In this document: in pieces, positions 42,256 to 49,896 of the stretch
How positions within the stretch are numbered: the first letter of the stretch is position 1
Layout: every line of letters starts with the position of its first letter
From: a virus
Reading direction: 5' to 3' (one strand)
Length of the DNA stretch: 64,000 nucleotides
IMG/VR virus record: IMGVR_UViG_3300026290_000011
Location: 90-64,089 of that record
The notes under the pieces: model-generated
Told to the model about the DNA's origin: nothing
Database searches by the model: none
Seen by the model: only the letters and a program-made list of their open reading frames with translations
Position numbers and translations under genes: made by a program

Positions 42256-42552
42256 TTAAATTGCCAAAGCAAAATGTGAGTTTATTTCCTCTATTTTTTC
42301 TTCCACAAGTTGTTCGGTTAACTGATTGTGTTTTTCTAAATGGCAAATTTCGCAAAGCACTACTAAGTCTTCCATTTTTTCTGAATAAATCCTTGCATAA
42401 GTCTTATGGTGTACTTGTAGGTTCTTTATATTCCTGCACGACTCGCACATGCTACCTACTGACTTCAGTTTAGCACCCCTTTTTATTTTCCATTCACGGC
42501 TTAATAGATATGATTTATAATCAGCCCATACTTTTTGCTTCTTTCTTTTTTC
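42256..42552 (-). pseudogene. HNH endonuclease, 3' part (interrupted by IS)
   Basis: YKSYLLSREWKIKR...CESC...LQVHH...LCEICH; frame is open up to the TSD. Confidence 0.85.
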
Positions 42553-42567
42553 GGTAGTGTCTCAGTT

Positions 42568-43398
42568 TCATTTTTTATCTAATAATTGCACTAAATCTTC
42601 AATCGACCATAGTTTTTTTGTTAATCCCGCATCCATTGCAGGCGTAACCCTTAAAGATTTATGGATTCTTACAAAGTTATAATACATGAAATGAAGTGCT
42701 ATTGCATGAGCGTGGTTTTCTATCTTCTTAGAAAATCCATTTGTTAGGCGTGTAAATCTTCTCATACTCATTCGCATTGTTAAATTTTGACGTTCAACAA
42801 AACTTGTTGAAATATGTTTTGTCTTAGGTATGCCTGTAACAACATTTACTTTTGTTCCTGTGCATTCTGCCGGACTGTATCTGTGTCCCCTGTCTAAAGA
42901 TTCTCCATATAGTTTTACAAGTTGAGCATAATCTATGTCTGCTCCAAATGTTGTTTCAACAGCTTCTAAGTATGCTTTCAATCCGTCTGTGGTTAATTGT
43001 ACCCGATCACTTAATCTTGATGCTACGTCTTCCATAAATATTTTTGCATATTCTGCATCACGATTTCCAACAAGCCAAGATACTGCAAGTTTAGAATCAG
43101 AGTCTAAAGCAACCCAAGTCCAAACACTTCCAAGCCCAAACTTGCCCTGCATATCTTCGGGAAGATTTTTTTCTTTGGCATAAACGAAAGACCAAATTTC
43201 ATCACATTGAATTCTTTTTGCTTTAACATTTTTTACATTTTCATCGTGGTATTTTTGACAAGCCGTTCCAATATCAACTAATAATTTTGTTACTGTGTTT
43301 ATCGAAACATCTGCAAGTCTTGAAGTTGCTCTTAAACTATTTCCTTCAACAAGTAATCCAACAATCTGAATTCTTTTTTCTGTTGATAGCTTATTCAT
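42568..43398 (-). CDS. IS1-family DDE transposase (single ORF)
   Basis: N-terminal HTH (GNSLRATSRLADVSINTV), CDEIWSFV, LTTDGLKAY, VERQNLTMRM..RRFTR; stop codon lies inside the TIR. Confidence 0.92.
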   Translation of the reverse strand: MNKLSTEKRIQIVGLLVEGNSLRATSRLADVSINTVTKLLVDIGTACQKYHDENVKNVKAKRIQCDEIWSFVYAKEKNLPEDMQGKFGLGSVWTWVALDSDSKLAVSWLVGNRDAEYAKIFMEDVASRLSDRVQLTTDGLKAYLEAVETTFGADIDYAQLVKLYGESLDRGHRYSPAECTGTKVNVVTGIPKTKHISTSFVERQNLTMRMSMRRFTRLTNGFSKKIENHAHAIALHFMYYNFVRIHKSLRVTPAMDAGLTKKLWSIEDLVQLLDKK

Positions 43399-43424
43399 AA
43401 CAACCTCATTTATTTTCTAACGGC

Positions 43425-43458
43425 AATATAATAAACTATACTTAATCAGTCAAGTATA
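43425..43458 (-). promoter_or_regulatory. Transposase promoter with overlapping palindrome
   Basis: TTGACT-17 nt-TATATT on the minus strand; TATACTT-N8-AAGTATA spans the -35. Confidence 0.65.
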
Positions 43459-43509
43459 AAGTTCAGTTTGCAATTATTTGTATTTATCATTACGTTTGCA
43501 TCAAAATAG

Positions 43510-43577
43510 TGGAGCTGGAGGGAATCGAACCCTCATTTGTCGGGTGGGAATCCAGACTTTTTACCATAAACAGCCCC
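43510..43577 (-). tRNA. Degenerate tRNA-like RNA: Ala-type acceptor (G3.U70, A73), shortened D-arm, UCC anticodon
   Basis: GGGGCTG/CAGCTCC stem; T-arm GAGGG-TTCGATT-CCCTC; anticodon stem has one mismatch, loop ATTCCCA; no encoded CCA. Confidence 0.55.
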
Positions 43578-43581
43578 ATAG

Positions 43582-43673
43582 CGGTGAGTGTTGGATTTGA
43601 ACCAACGGAACTGAGTGCGAGTCAGTTCGCCGGATTTACAGTCCGGTCGTTTAAACCACTCACGCAACTCACC
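43582..43673 (-). tRNA. Type II tRNA with GUA (Tyr) anticodon and Ser-like body
   Basis: GGTGAGT/ACTCACC acceptor, CCGGA-CTGTAAA-TCCGG, 7-bp variable stem, GTTGG-TTCAAAT-CCAAC, discriminator G. Confidence 0.85.
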
Positions 43674-43682
43674 GATTTTGAT

Positions 43683-43706
43683 AGCCACTCTTTTGAGTGG
43701 CTTTTT
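43683..43706 (+). terminator. Intrinsic terminator on the + strand (antisense to the tRNAs)
   Basis: AGCCACTC-TTTT-GAGTGGCT followed by TTTT. Confidence 0.6.
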
Positions 43707-43763
43707 ATTAATACCTTTCATAAACATATAGTCGATTGATCCTCAAAAAAAACAAATTTAAAA

Positions 43764-43833
43764 CAAAAAAAGCCGGTACTATTCTCGCTTTCATACGAGT
43801 TTAATACCGGCTCCTTTTCATCGGATTACCGAT
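43764..43833 (-). promoter_or_regulatory. Conserved leader hairpin plus overlapping intrinsic terminator, copy 4 (upstream of the tRNAs)
   Basis: Minus strand ATCGG-TAA-TCC-GATGAAAA-GGA-G-CCGGT, then AGCCGGTA...TACCGGCT-TTTTTT. Confidence 0.75.
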
Positions 43834-43922
43834 TTTTCTGTTAATGGGTTACATTAACAGTATAAAGTATTTTATCAATGTGAAAATTCATTATAAACGC
43901 AAGTGGTTGGGGCAAGGGGGGG

Positions 43923-44141
43923 TTATTGCTTTATAGGTTCAAGTTGTTGGAAGGAAACCCCGATAGATTTTAATCTTTCGGATAGATTGACTACTTCTCT
44001 TTCGTTTAACTTTGTTCTTCTTCCGGCTTTTTGTCTTTGTACTTTATGTTTAACATTAGAATAACTTACGCCTGCAGAATCACATATTTGCTTTAAATTA
44101 AGAAATCGAGAATATTCGTCTAATCTTTTAATATCGATCAT
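43923..44141 (-). CDS. Small HTH-like protein (IS passenger)
   Basis: LNLKQICDSAGVSYSNVK helix-turn-helix pattern; ATGA coupling. Confidence 0.55.
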   Translation of the reverse strand: MIDIKRLDEYSRFLNLKQICDSAGVSYSNVKHKVQRQKAGRRTKLNEREVVNLSERLKSIGVSFQQLEPIKQ

Positions 44142-44383
44142 TTTTTGTTCTCCTTTTTACTCCATCTTACTTGTGCTGCTTTTTTTGCAATCTCTACTCT
44201 TTGTTTCTTTGTTAGTTTCTCTGCTCTTGCTTTACCACCCTTTAACCCTCCTAATCTTCCGAGTTCTACTGCGTGAGGGTTCTTTGTGGTTGCTTCCTCT
44301 TTTTCTTCCTTCTCTCCAATTGCAAGTTCTACAATGTTCTTTGCAAGTTGGTTAGTGTCTTTTGGTCTCTTTGGCTTTTTCAT
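44138..44383 (-). CDS. Small basic KGG-motif protein, commonly seen next to this IS1-type transposase
   Basis: KRPKDTNQLAK...KNPHAVELGRLGGLKGGKARA...EIAKKAA..RW. TTGACC-17-TATCTT promoter (44390-44418) would give a nearly leaderless mRNA. Confidence 0.8.
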   Translation of the reverse strand: MKKPKRPKDTNQLAKNIVELAIGEKEEKEEATTKNPHAVELGRLGGLKGGKARAEKLTKKQRVEIAKKAAQVRWSKKENKK

Positions 44384-44458
44384 AATGCAAAGATAATATA
44401 CTGTTCTTTATCGGTCAAGCATTAACGGATTCCACTATTTTGAAACTGAGACACTACC

Positions 44459-44538
44459 CTTTTTTCTTTGTACCACTTATTAGATGCAATTCTTGACATC
44501 CTTTCTCTTTTTGTCTCCTTCATGTTCACCCTTGTCAT
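44459..44538 (-). pseudogene. HNH endonuclease, 5' part
   Basis: MTRVNMKETKRERMSRIASNKWYKEK joins in frame to RKKQKVWADY after removing the IS and one TSD copy. Confidence 0.8.
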
Positions 44539-44623
44539 CTCCCATAAATTAGTGCAAATCTATTTATTTCTTTAATAAAAATCAAACATAAAAAAAATAA
44601 TAAAAATATTTTTACGATTTTAC

Positions 44624-44652
44624 TTGACATGAAAATAATATTTCGTTAAGTT
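44624..44652 (+). promoter_or_regulatory. Rightward early promoter
   Basis: TTGACA-17 nt-TAAGTT in an AT-rich intergenic region. Confidence 0.65.
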
Positions 44653-44693
44653 GCTTGTAGAAACAATAAACAATAAATAGAATAAGGTTTCAA

Positions 44694-44915
44694 ATGATAA
44701 AAAATTATTTAAGGAAAGGGCAGCCGAACCAAGACAGAAGGGAAGAAATAAAGAAATGCCTGAAAGAGATGGGGAAGTCTCAAATTTATTTGGCTAAGGT
44801 TTTCAAAAGAAGACCTCAGCAGATAGGTCAAGCGTTTCAAGGTTTCCAACCAACTTTAATGAATAAAATTGAGAGACATTATTTATTACTAAAGGAGAGA
44901 GACAATGTTTCTTAG
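44694..44915 (+). CDS. Cro-like HTH regulator
   Basis: KSQIYLAKVFKRRPQQIGQAF HTH; first gene after the promoter. Confidence 0.6.
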   Translation: MIKNYLRKGQPNQDRREEIKKCLKEMGKSQIYLAKVFKRRPQQIGQAFQGFQPTLMNKIERHYLLLKERDNVS

Positions 44916-45029
44916 AATATTTTTTTCGGTTTCATCAATTTTAGGTTTGATGTACCTCTTAAGCGAAACAAGTTTGCCGGAATTGATTGCAGTACTTATC
45001 GGCACGATAGTCTGTGCGTTGTTAATCCT

Positions 45030-45380
45030 TTGGGTGGCATACAAAAATTTCAAATTCATACAAGACGAGGTAGAATCGTGGGAATAACAAACCAAAATGA
45101 AATTACCTTAGATAGTATTCTTAATAGTCCTCTCGGCTTTAAATACAATGGACTTGACAATAATGGAATGCCTAAAATAGAATATGTACAAAAAATATTA
45201 AAAATGAACGAAGAAGAGTTACTTGAAGAAACAGAGAGAAAAATTTGGCTAAGTGCTTATGCCAATAATAATGCACGAAGCGATTACCACTGGCAATGCG
45301 ATGCCTGTTACGCAGTCTCTTTCAAATACGGCAATTTGTATGAAAGAGCATATAAGAATGTTGAATCTACAGTCAAATAA
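45030..45380 (+). CDS. Hypothetical protein
   Basis: ORF in the early operon; true start uncertain. Confidence 0.5.
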   Translation: MGGIQKFQIHTRRGRIVGITNQNEITLDSILNSPLGFKYNGLDNNGMPKIEYVQKILKMNEEELLEETERKIWLSAYANNNARSDYHWQCDACYAVSFKYGNLYERAYKNVESTVK

Positions 45381-45396
45381 TTAAGGAGGAAGCAGA

Positions 45397-45720
45397 ATGA
45401 GTTTAGAAGCGGTAGTCGGAATACTAATGATCTTATCGATAGGCACTTTAATCTATGCAATAATAATATTGCTTACAGCAGAACTTTTGAAAAAGGAAAA
45501 GATGATAAAGCTGGAAAAGGAAAACGAGCGATTAAAGGAAGAGTTAAAAGTAAAACAAATATTTGAAAGAATGTTTATTGAAACAGACAAAAAGTATAAC
45601 TATTTGAAAAGTGAACTTGACAAGATAATGAACAGCAACGGAAGCGGAGCAAAGATAAAGTTAGATACTCCGCAAAGTGAAGCATCCCAAATATTGGAGA
45701 AGTGCCTTGAACAAGAATAA
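45397..45720 (+). CDS. Membrane-anchored coiled-coil hypothetical protein
   Basis: AAGGAGG RBS; N-terminal TM. Confidence 0.6.
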   Translation: MSLEAVVGILMILSIGTLIYAIIILLTAELLKKEKMIKLEKENERLKEELKVKQIFERMFIETDKKYNYLKSELDKIMNSNGSGAKIKLDTPQSEASQILEKCLEQE

Positions 45721-46005
45721 AAAATCTATTCCTATAATAATCTTTGAAACAAAAATCGAAGATGGCAAAAGGATTTATTTAGAAAGAGTTGAAGGGACGC
45801 AAAAAGCAATAGGTTTTAGAAAAGCGGATTGGGAGAGACACAAAGCAAGACAAGAAAGGTTACTCAAGGATAAAAAAAATGGAAATTAAATTTTACGATA
45901 AAGATAATAGGATAGTAGTGAACAAAGAGACGTTAATCTTTGATAAGTGGAATTATGAAAAAGCTAAGGCAAGATATTTAAGAATGTTAAAGAAAGAGGT
46001 AAGTA

Positions 46006-46287
46006 ATGGGAAGTGATATGGGCGAAGAATGGAGAGAATGGCATGAGCATTTTAAAGAAAAGAAAAGTATAACCGCTGCTCTAAATGAAACACGCCTTGA
46101 ACTTGTTTTTCCTAAAAGGTACAAGATAGTACAAGATTCAAGGGTTGCCATATTCAGAGAGCCGGGAAAGCCCAAAGTAGATTATTACTATTCACGTAAC
46201 AAGTGGAGAGTAGCGGGTAAGAGGAAAATATTTAACGGTGATTTCAACAGTTTTGAAAATTGGTATAATAAACAGGAGGAGAAATGA
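46006..46287 (+). CDS. Hypothetical protein
   Basis: GAGG RBS; coupled to the next gene. Confidence 0.55.
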   Translation: MGSDMGEEWREWHEHFKEKKSITAALNETRLELVFPKRYKIVQDSRVAIFREPGKPKVDYYYSRNKWRVAGKRKIFNGDFNSFENWYNKQEEK

Positions 46288-46682
46288 GTTTAACAGCACA
46301 GACACCACAGCAGATATATGATAACCAACACCCGGTAGAAAAAGAGTGGAAAGACTTTTCCTACGAAGAAAAGAAAGAATACTTAAAGGATAAGTACTCA
46401 GAAAAAGAACTCATAAAATTGTTAGTAGATAATGATTGCGGACACGTAGTAGTAGGAACTTTAATCGAAGTTTTAACTAACAGATTCAACAAGTTAAAGA
46501 AAGAGTTAGACCTTTATATAAAATATCGCAAACAACAACCCCACGAATGGGCAAAATGGAAAGGTTTAGCAGATGCAAAGAAACAAGAAATAGCAGATTT
46601 ATTACACGAGACTTGTTTTGAATACCACGATTATGCGCCGGAATTAATTAACACAGTAATGGATAACCAGATAGAAATATAG
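46284..46682 (+). CDS. Hypothetical protein
   Basis: GGAG RBS; ATGA overlap. Confidence 0.55.
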   Translation: MSLTAQTPQQIYDNQHPVEKEWKDFSYEEKKEYLKDKYSEKELIKLLVDNDCGHVVVGTLIEVLTNRFNKLKKELDLYIKYRKQQPHEWAKWKGLADAKKQEIADLLHETCFEYHDYAPELINTVMDNQIEI

Positions 46683-46689
46683 GGATCAG

Positions 46690-47271
46690 ATGCTAACTTT
46701 TAACGAGTCAAAACACGAATACAAATACAACGGTTTAATCATCCCCTCAGTTACGCAAATTCTAAGAGGTAGCGGATTAGTTAATCTTGATTGGATTCCG
46801 AAAGAACTATTAGAAGAAAAGGCGGACTTAGGTACTAAAATACATAAGACAACAGAATTATATGACCAGGACACACTTGATTATGAAAAACTACACTCCT
46901 TATTAAAAAATTATCTTAATGGTTGGATAAAGTTTAGAGAAACATTTCAGTTTGAACCTTTAGAGATAGAACCAGAGTATTATCATAAGATTTATAGATA
47001 TGCAGGTAGAATAGATAGAGTAGGCATCGTTAAAAAAGAGATAACTATTGTTGATATAAAAAGCGGGACACATCAAAAAACGCACGAAATACAAACTGCA
47101 GGCTATCAACTTCTTTATAATTCTAATAAACCTAAAAAAGAACAATCTACAAAAAGATTATTAGTATATCTGAAAGAAAATGATTTTAAGGTAGAAGAAA
47201 ATAAAAACAAAACAGATGAGTCGGTATTCCTTTCGGCTCTCACAATTTACAACTATAAAAGAGGTCTATAA
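46690..47271 (+). CDS. PD-(D/E)XK exonuclease
   Basis: PSVTQIL, YAGRIDR, IVDIKSG, QTAGY. Confidence 0.85.
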   Translation: MLTFNESKHEYKYNGLIIPSVTQILRGSGLVNLDWIPKELLEEKADLGTKIHKTTELYDQDTLDYEKLHSLLKNYLNGWIKFRETFQFEPLEIEPEYYHKIYRYAGRIDRVGIVKKEITIVDIKSGTHQKTHEIQTAGYQLLYNSNKPKKEQSTKRLLVYLKENDFKVEENKNKTDESVFLSALTIYNYKRGL

Positions 47272-47963
47272 TGAAAAATTTGATTGAAGTACAACCCATT
47301 GACGTGGAGGAAGTACAGTCTGAGACAAAAGATGTATCTCTACTTTACCAAAAGAGTAAAGAACTAAAAATTAATAGTCAAGAAAGTTATGAAGTTGCTG
47401 CCGATGCTCTTAAACAAATAAAAAATCGTTTCAAAGAAATTGACACACAAAGAAAAAAAATAACATCACCGCTTGATGCTGCAAAAAAAGAAGCTATGGA
47501 ATTATTCAAAAAACCACTTGACCAGTTAAGCGAAGCTGAATCCATCTTAAAGCGTAGCATGATTAACTATACTACTGAGCAAGAAAGAATAGCAAGAGAA
47601 GAAACGGAACGGCTTAAAAGGTTAGCAGAAAAACAAGCTGAAGAAGAACGTAAAAAACTTGAAGCGAGAATAGAAAGAGCCGAATCAAACGGTAAAATTG
47701 AAAAAGCTGAAGAACTTAAAGAGAAGAAAGAAAGCATTATCCCTATTAACGTTCCTATCGTTGCCCCTTCTATAGCAAAACCGAGCGGGGTTTCATATAG
47801 AGACAAATGGACGGCGAAGGTTGTTGATTTTTCTAAACTAACTGATGAATATAAATTACCGAATCAATCAATGTTAGATAAGATGGCTCAGGCATCAAAG
47901 GGAAATGCACAAATACCCGGCGTTGAGTTCATTTGTGAAAAAATATTATCAAGCAGGAGTTAA
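47271..47963 (+). CDS. Coiled-coil recombination-module protein
   Basis: Long coiled coil between exonuclease and ERF; C-terminal IPGVEF. Confidence 0.55.
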   Translation: MKNLIEVQPIDVEEVQSETKDVSLLYQKSKELKINSQESYEVAADALKQIKNRFKEIDTQRKKITSPLDAAKKEAMELFKKPLDQLSEAESILKRSMINYTTEQERIAREETERLKRLAEKQAEEERKKLEARIERAESNGKIEKAEELKEKKESIIPINVPIVAPSIAKPSGVSYRDKWTAKVVDFSKLTDEYKLPNQSMLDKMAQASKGNAQIPGVEFICEKILSSRS

Positions 47964-47965
47964 AA

Positions 47966-48706
47966 ATGGAAAATAATTTAGTAGTACAAGATGAAATGAA
48001 AGAGTTACAAAGTTATTCACCACAGGGATTAATTAGCCAAGCACTTGCTCAAAATTTACCCATTGAAACATTGGAAAGATTGATGGATTTAGCTGATAGA
48101 TGGGAAACTAAACAAGCTAAAACGGCTTTCCTAAGAGCATTAACGGAGTTTCAAAGTATTGTACCTGTATTAAAAAAGAAAAAAAGAGTTTCTTTCAATA
48201 CTACAAAATACAACTACACACCTTTAGCCGATATAGTAGCTGGTATTAAAGAAGCGGAAGAAAAAACCGGATTATCACATAGATGGGAAATAGAAGAAAA
48301 AGACGATAGTATTATTTGTACTTGTATTATATCCCATATAGCCGGACATTCTGAAAAAACATCATTATCAGCAAAGAGGGATTCATCAGGTAACAAAAAT
48401 GAAATACAAAGCAGAGGAAGTGCAGTAACGTATTTACAACGATATACGTTAATCGGTGCATTGGGTATTTCAACAGCAGACGAAGATAACGACGGATCGA
48501 CATCAGGGTCAGAAAAACAGAAAGAGGAAATTCCCGACCCAAAAGAAAAAGTGAATTGGAGTAAACTCATTAAGAATTGTGATTCTAAAGAAGAACTTAA
48601 CTCCGTTTGGAATAGGATGTCTGATTCTGAGAAAAAAGAACACAAAGCAACATTCACAAAAATTAAAACAAATATTGAATCCGCTAATAAAAAGGAAGGC
48701 AACTAA
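47966..48706 (+). CDS. erf: ERF-family single-strand annealing protein
   Basis: YNYTPLADI and GSAVTYLQRYTLIGALGI..ADEDNDG. Confidence 0.88.
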   Translation: MENNLVVQDEMKELQSYSPQGLISQALAQNLPIETLERLMDLADRWETKQAKTAFLRALTEFQSIVPVLKKKKRVSFNTTKYNYTPLADIVAGIKEAEEKTGLSHRWEIEEKDDSIICTCIISHIAGHSEKTSLSAKRDSSGNKNEIQSRGSAVTYLQRYTLIGALGISTADEDNDGSTSGSEKQKEEIPDPKEKVNWSKLIKNCDSKEELNSVWNRMSDSEKKEHKATFTKIKTNIESANKKEGN

Positions 48707-49125
48707 TGGCATTTTCATTAAACAAAGTAATGTTAATCGGTTCACTCGGCAAAGATGCCGAAACAAGATTCACCACAGACAATAAGTCTGTAACAAACTT
48801 CTCAATAGCAACAGAAAATAGTTATAAGGGGAAAGACGATAACTGGATAAAAGAAACAACTTGGCACAATATAGTTTCTTGGAATCTTTCAGACTTCTTC
48901 AAAGATGCCTTAAGGAAAGGTGCTAAGTTTTATGTTGAAGGTAGAATAAGTAAAAGAGACTACACAGACAAAGAAGGTATTAAGAAATACATCGTTGAGG
49001 TGGTTTCTGAAAAACTAATTCCCTTGAATAATGACCGACAGGTTCAAAACAATGAGGAAACTTATACTCCTAATGTAGATAACAATAAACCAGTAGAAGA
49101 AGACGGAGACGGACTCCCGTTTTGA
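48706..49125 (+). CDS. ssb: Single-stranded DNA-binding protein
   Basis: LNKVMLIGSLGKDAE, TTWHNIV, acidic tail DGDGLPF. Confidence 0.95.
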   Translation: MAFSLNKVMLIGSLGKDAETRFTTDNKSVTNFSIATENSYKGKDDNWIKETTWHNIVSWNLSDFFKDALRKGAKFYVEGRISKRDYTDKEGIKKYIVEVVSEKLIPLNNDRQVQNNEETYTPNVDNNKPVEEDGDGLPF

Positions 49126-49126
49126 T

Positions 49127-49537
49127 ATGAAGTTACTTGTTACAAATACCGAAAAAGGATTATTGCCAAAGTATGATTCAGACTTTGAAGAAAAAAAACG
49201 TTTGAAGATAGGTGAAGATTTTTGGTGTGATATTAAAAGAGCAAGGAATTATGAGTTTCATAAAAAATTCTTTGCTCTTATGAAAATAGGATGTGAAAAT
49301 TCTAAGAACGTAACAATGCCCTTAGATGCTTATAGGAAATATGCAACCATTAAAGCCGGATATTTTAAGACTTACAAAACGCCGAAGGGTTTATTTGTGG
49401 AAGCTGATTCAATATCGTTTGATAATATGAGCCAAGATGAATTTGAAAAACTTTATTCAGCTGTTTTAGATTTTATAATTCAAGATACTGAAGCTACAAA
49501 AGAAGATATAGAAAGCAATTTAATTAGTTTCTTTTAA
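49127..49537 (+). CDS. DUF1367/NinB-like protein
   Basis: RNYEFHKKFFAL...SISFDNMSQDEFEKLY. Confidence 0.7.
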   Translation: MKLLVTNTEKGLLPKYDSDFEEKKRLKIGEDFWCDIKRARNYEFHKKFFALMKIGCENSKNVTMPLDAYRKYATIKAGYFKTYKTPKGLFVEADSISFDNMSQDEFEKLYSAVLDFIIQDTEATKEDIESNLISFF

Positions 49538-49614
49538 ATAATTAGCACTTCATTGTGCCTCCTTCATCCGGTGAAATCGAAAGAGAGTAACCGGAGATTA
49601 AAAACGGAGTTAGT

Positions 49615-49881
49615 ATGCAAGAAATAATAGAGTATAAAGACGTTTTAAGTTTGGGCTTCCAGAGGGAAGATTTACAAGACAGTATATTCTTTAACAAGTT
49701 TGGATTCAACTATTATTTAATGACGTTAAAGTTATATAAGGGTATAAGTGCAGAGTGGGATATTAACGAAAGAACCGTAAAGATAATAAGATGCAACAAA
49801 GAAGGTGATATACTTGGACAGATATACGTGAAAGATTTAGCTGAACTTGAAATTTATATAAACTTTTTCAAAAACAAATAG
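49615..49881 (+). CDS. Hypothetical protein
   Basis: GGAG RBS. Confidence 0.55.
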   Translation: MQEIIEYKDVLSLGFQREDLQDSIFFNKFGFNYYLMTLKLYKGISAEWDINERTVKIIRCNKEGDILGQIYVKDLAELEIYINFFKNK

Positions 49882-49896
49882 AGGAGTAGGTCTAAA

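Larger units (their letters stand above)
42553..44458 (-). mobile_element. IS1-family element with passenger genes (1906 bp)
   Basis: Perfect 18-bp TIRs GGTAGTGTCTCAGTTTCA (42553-42570 and 44441-44458); 8-bp TSD CTTTTTTC (42545-42552 and 44459-44466). Confidence 0.92.

Noticed and set aside
43509-43739. ORFs 43509-43739 (+) and 43533-43727 (-)
   Set aside because: Shadow translations of the tRNA genes (LEGIEPS, VGFEPT).
43764-43860. T-box riboswitch upstream of tRNA-Tyr
   Set aside because: No stem I specifier elements and no UGGNACC T-box sequence.
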